From Tubulanus polymorphus (Eukaryota > Animalia > Nemertea): a stretch of DNA of 64,000 nucleotides. This document shows positions 62,918 to 64,000 of this stretch, piece after piece. The DNA lies in the NCBI RefSeq assembly GCF_964204645.1, contig NC_134029.1, positions 13,604,850 through 13,668,849 of the forward strand, written 5' to 3'. The notes under the pieces are model-generated. The model saw nothing but the letters and a program-made list of their open reading frames with translations. It searched no databases and was not told the DNA's origin. Position numbers and translations under genes: made by a program. Position 1 is the first letter of the stretch; each line of letters begins with the position of its first letter.

Positions 62918-64000
62918 AACAAGAGGCCCATGGGCCTTGAAGCATTGGAAGATTATACTGCGGTATTAAGTGGTTATAATATTTTACATCTGCCGGCAAA
63001 TCTTCTATGACGATGTTGATTGGGAGGACCACAGACTTAAAGTTCTATTTGTCTAGTACCATTTTATTCCTGAAAATGAATTTATTTTCTGCCGAACGAT
63101 TTAGCCTAGGCTATTTGGACTGTTAAACCTCATTAATGCGATTCTGTTAAAAAGACAAAACTAGTTTATTCTGATGTTTTCCATCATGTCCCAGCCAAGA
63201 TATTTATATCAATCAATATTTGGATACAAAAACCCATTTTTACGCATGAACTGTTAGGCCCCACTGAATAATGAAAGCAAAAACAGAACGATTTTTCTGA
63301 ATGCAATTGCAAGACCCTCTGATCTTAGAGCTCCAAGCTCTGATGCATGTACGCATGCAAAACGTCGCAGAGAGCGATGCCGGCGTTGGTGTCACTGAGG
63401 CCGGCTGATGATTGTTTGTTTGTCTTTTTGTTTGTTTGGCTTCATGTACGTCGTTTGGATCTTGGTTTCCCAAGACTATTCCTATTGGATTGTTCATTTA
63501 ACCTCACGACGGTAGGGCCTTTGAAGTGTTGCCCCCACACTGTTTGCAGCCAGCAGGACTCGAACCCACTTGTCACTCAGCATTAATAGTGGATTCAACA
63601 GCATCACGCCTTATCCCACTGAGCTACCGAGGCCGCTCGATTCAATTCCAAAAAACTACAGCAGCGGCAAATAACCATCGCAATATTGCAATTTACGACA
63701 AACAACGCGTAAATTCAATCACTGTTGTTTAACGCATGGAAAAGATAATAAAGGTAGTTTTTCCCTGCGCGCATTACAAAGCGAATCTCTGCCGAGTGCT
63801 TAAGAGGGTGGTACCGCCTTATGAGTGCGCAGCAGGCGGGTAGGGCGTCCTAAAGTGAAAACTTATATTAGAATAAAGCTGAATCGAATTTTACAATGTC
63901 GGTCAACTGATTGATGATACAACATGGTTGTTCTCGGCGTACTTAACAATGATATTTTCCTCCAATAAACAACTCTGGTAAAATTGAATAAAATCTTTAT
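62918..64000 (+). repeat. Dispersed repeat family A, copy 3 (truncated by window end), containing the tRNA-derived SINE at about 63411-63634 (-)
   Basis: Nearly identical to 36905-37985. Confidence 0.85.

Noticed and set aside
59000-64000. RECQL5 helicase-core exons
   Set aside because: No helicase motifs such as YYQESGRAGRDG were found by eye; they are probably beyond the window.

Overview
Eukaryotic, AT-rich, repeat-dense genomic DNA, most likely from an invertebrate animal. It is not prokaryotic, and no CRISPR array, rRNA or true tRNA gene is supported. The backbone is the 3' half of a minus-strand RECQL5 helicase gene. Seven phase-compatible GT-AG exons between 14776 and 51760 encode the RQC zinc-binding region, the KIX/IRI domain and the first half of the SRI domain; the helicase-core exons were not found and presumably lie beyond 64000. 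The introns and flank are filled with mobile DNA: (i) a decayed Polinton/Maverick (adintovirus-like) endogenous virus at 1-3700, with an internally deleted pPolB, a minor capsid gene, TAAATG-type starts and an AT-rich hairpin; (ii) three ISL2EU-type transposons (THAP-DDE transposase plus a convergent SAP/SWIM/YqaJ nuclease gene), one nested in another with an AT target duplication; (iii) Vingi-like, L2-like and CR1-like LINE remnants; (iv) Penelope-like remnants with minimal hammerhead ribozymes; (v) a tRNA-derived SINE, several MITEs, Helentron/HINE-like repeats and an inverted two-unit minisatellite. A possible PWWP-like gene relic is nested in the 25-kb intron. All family assignments come from motif recognition by eye; no searches were run.
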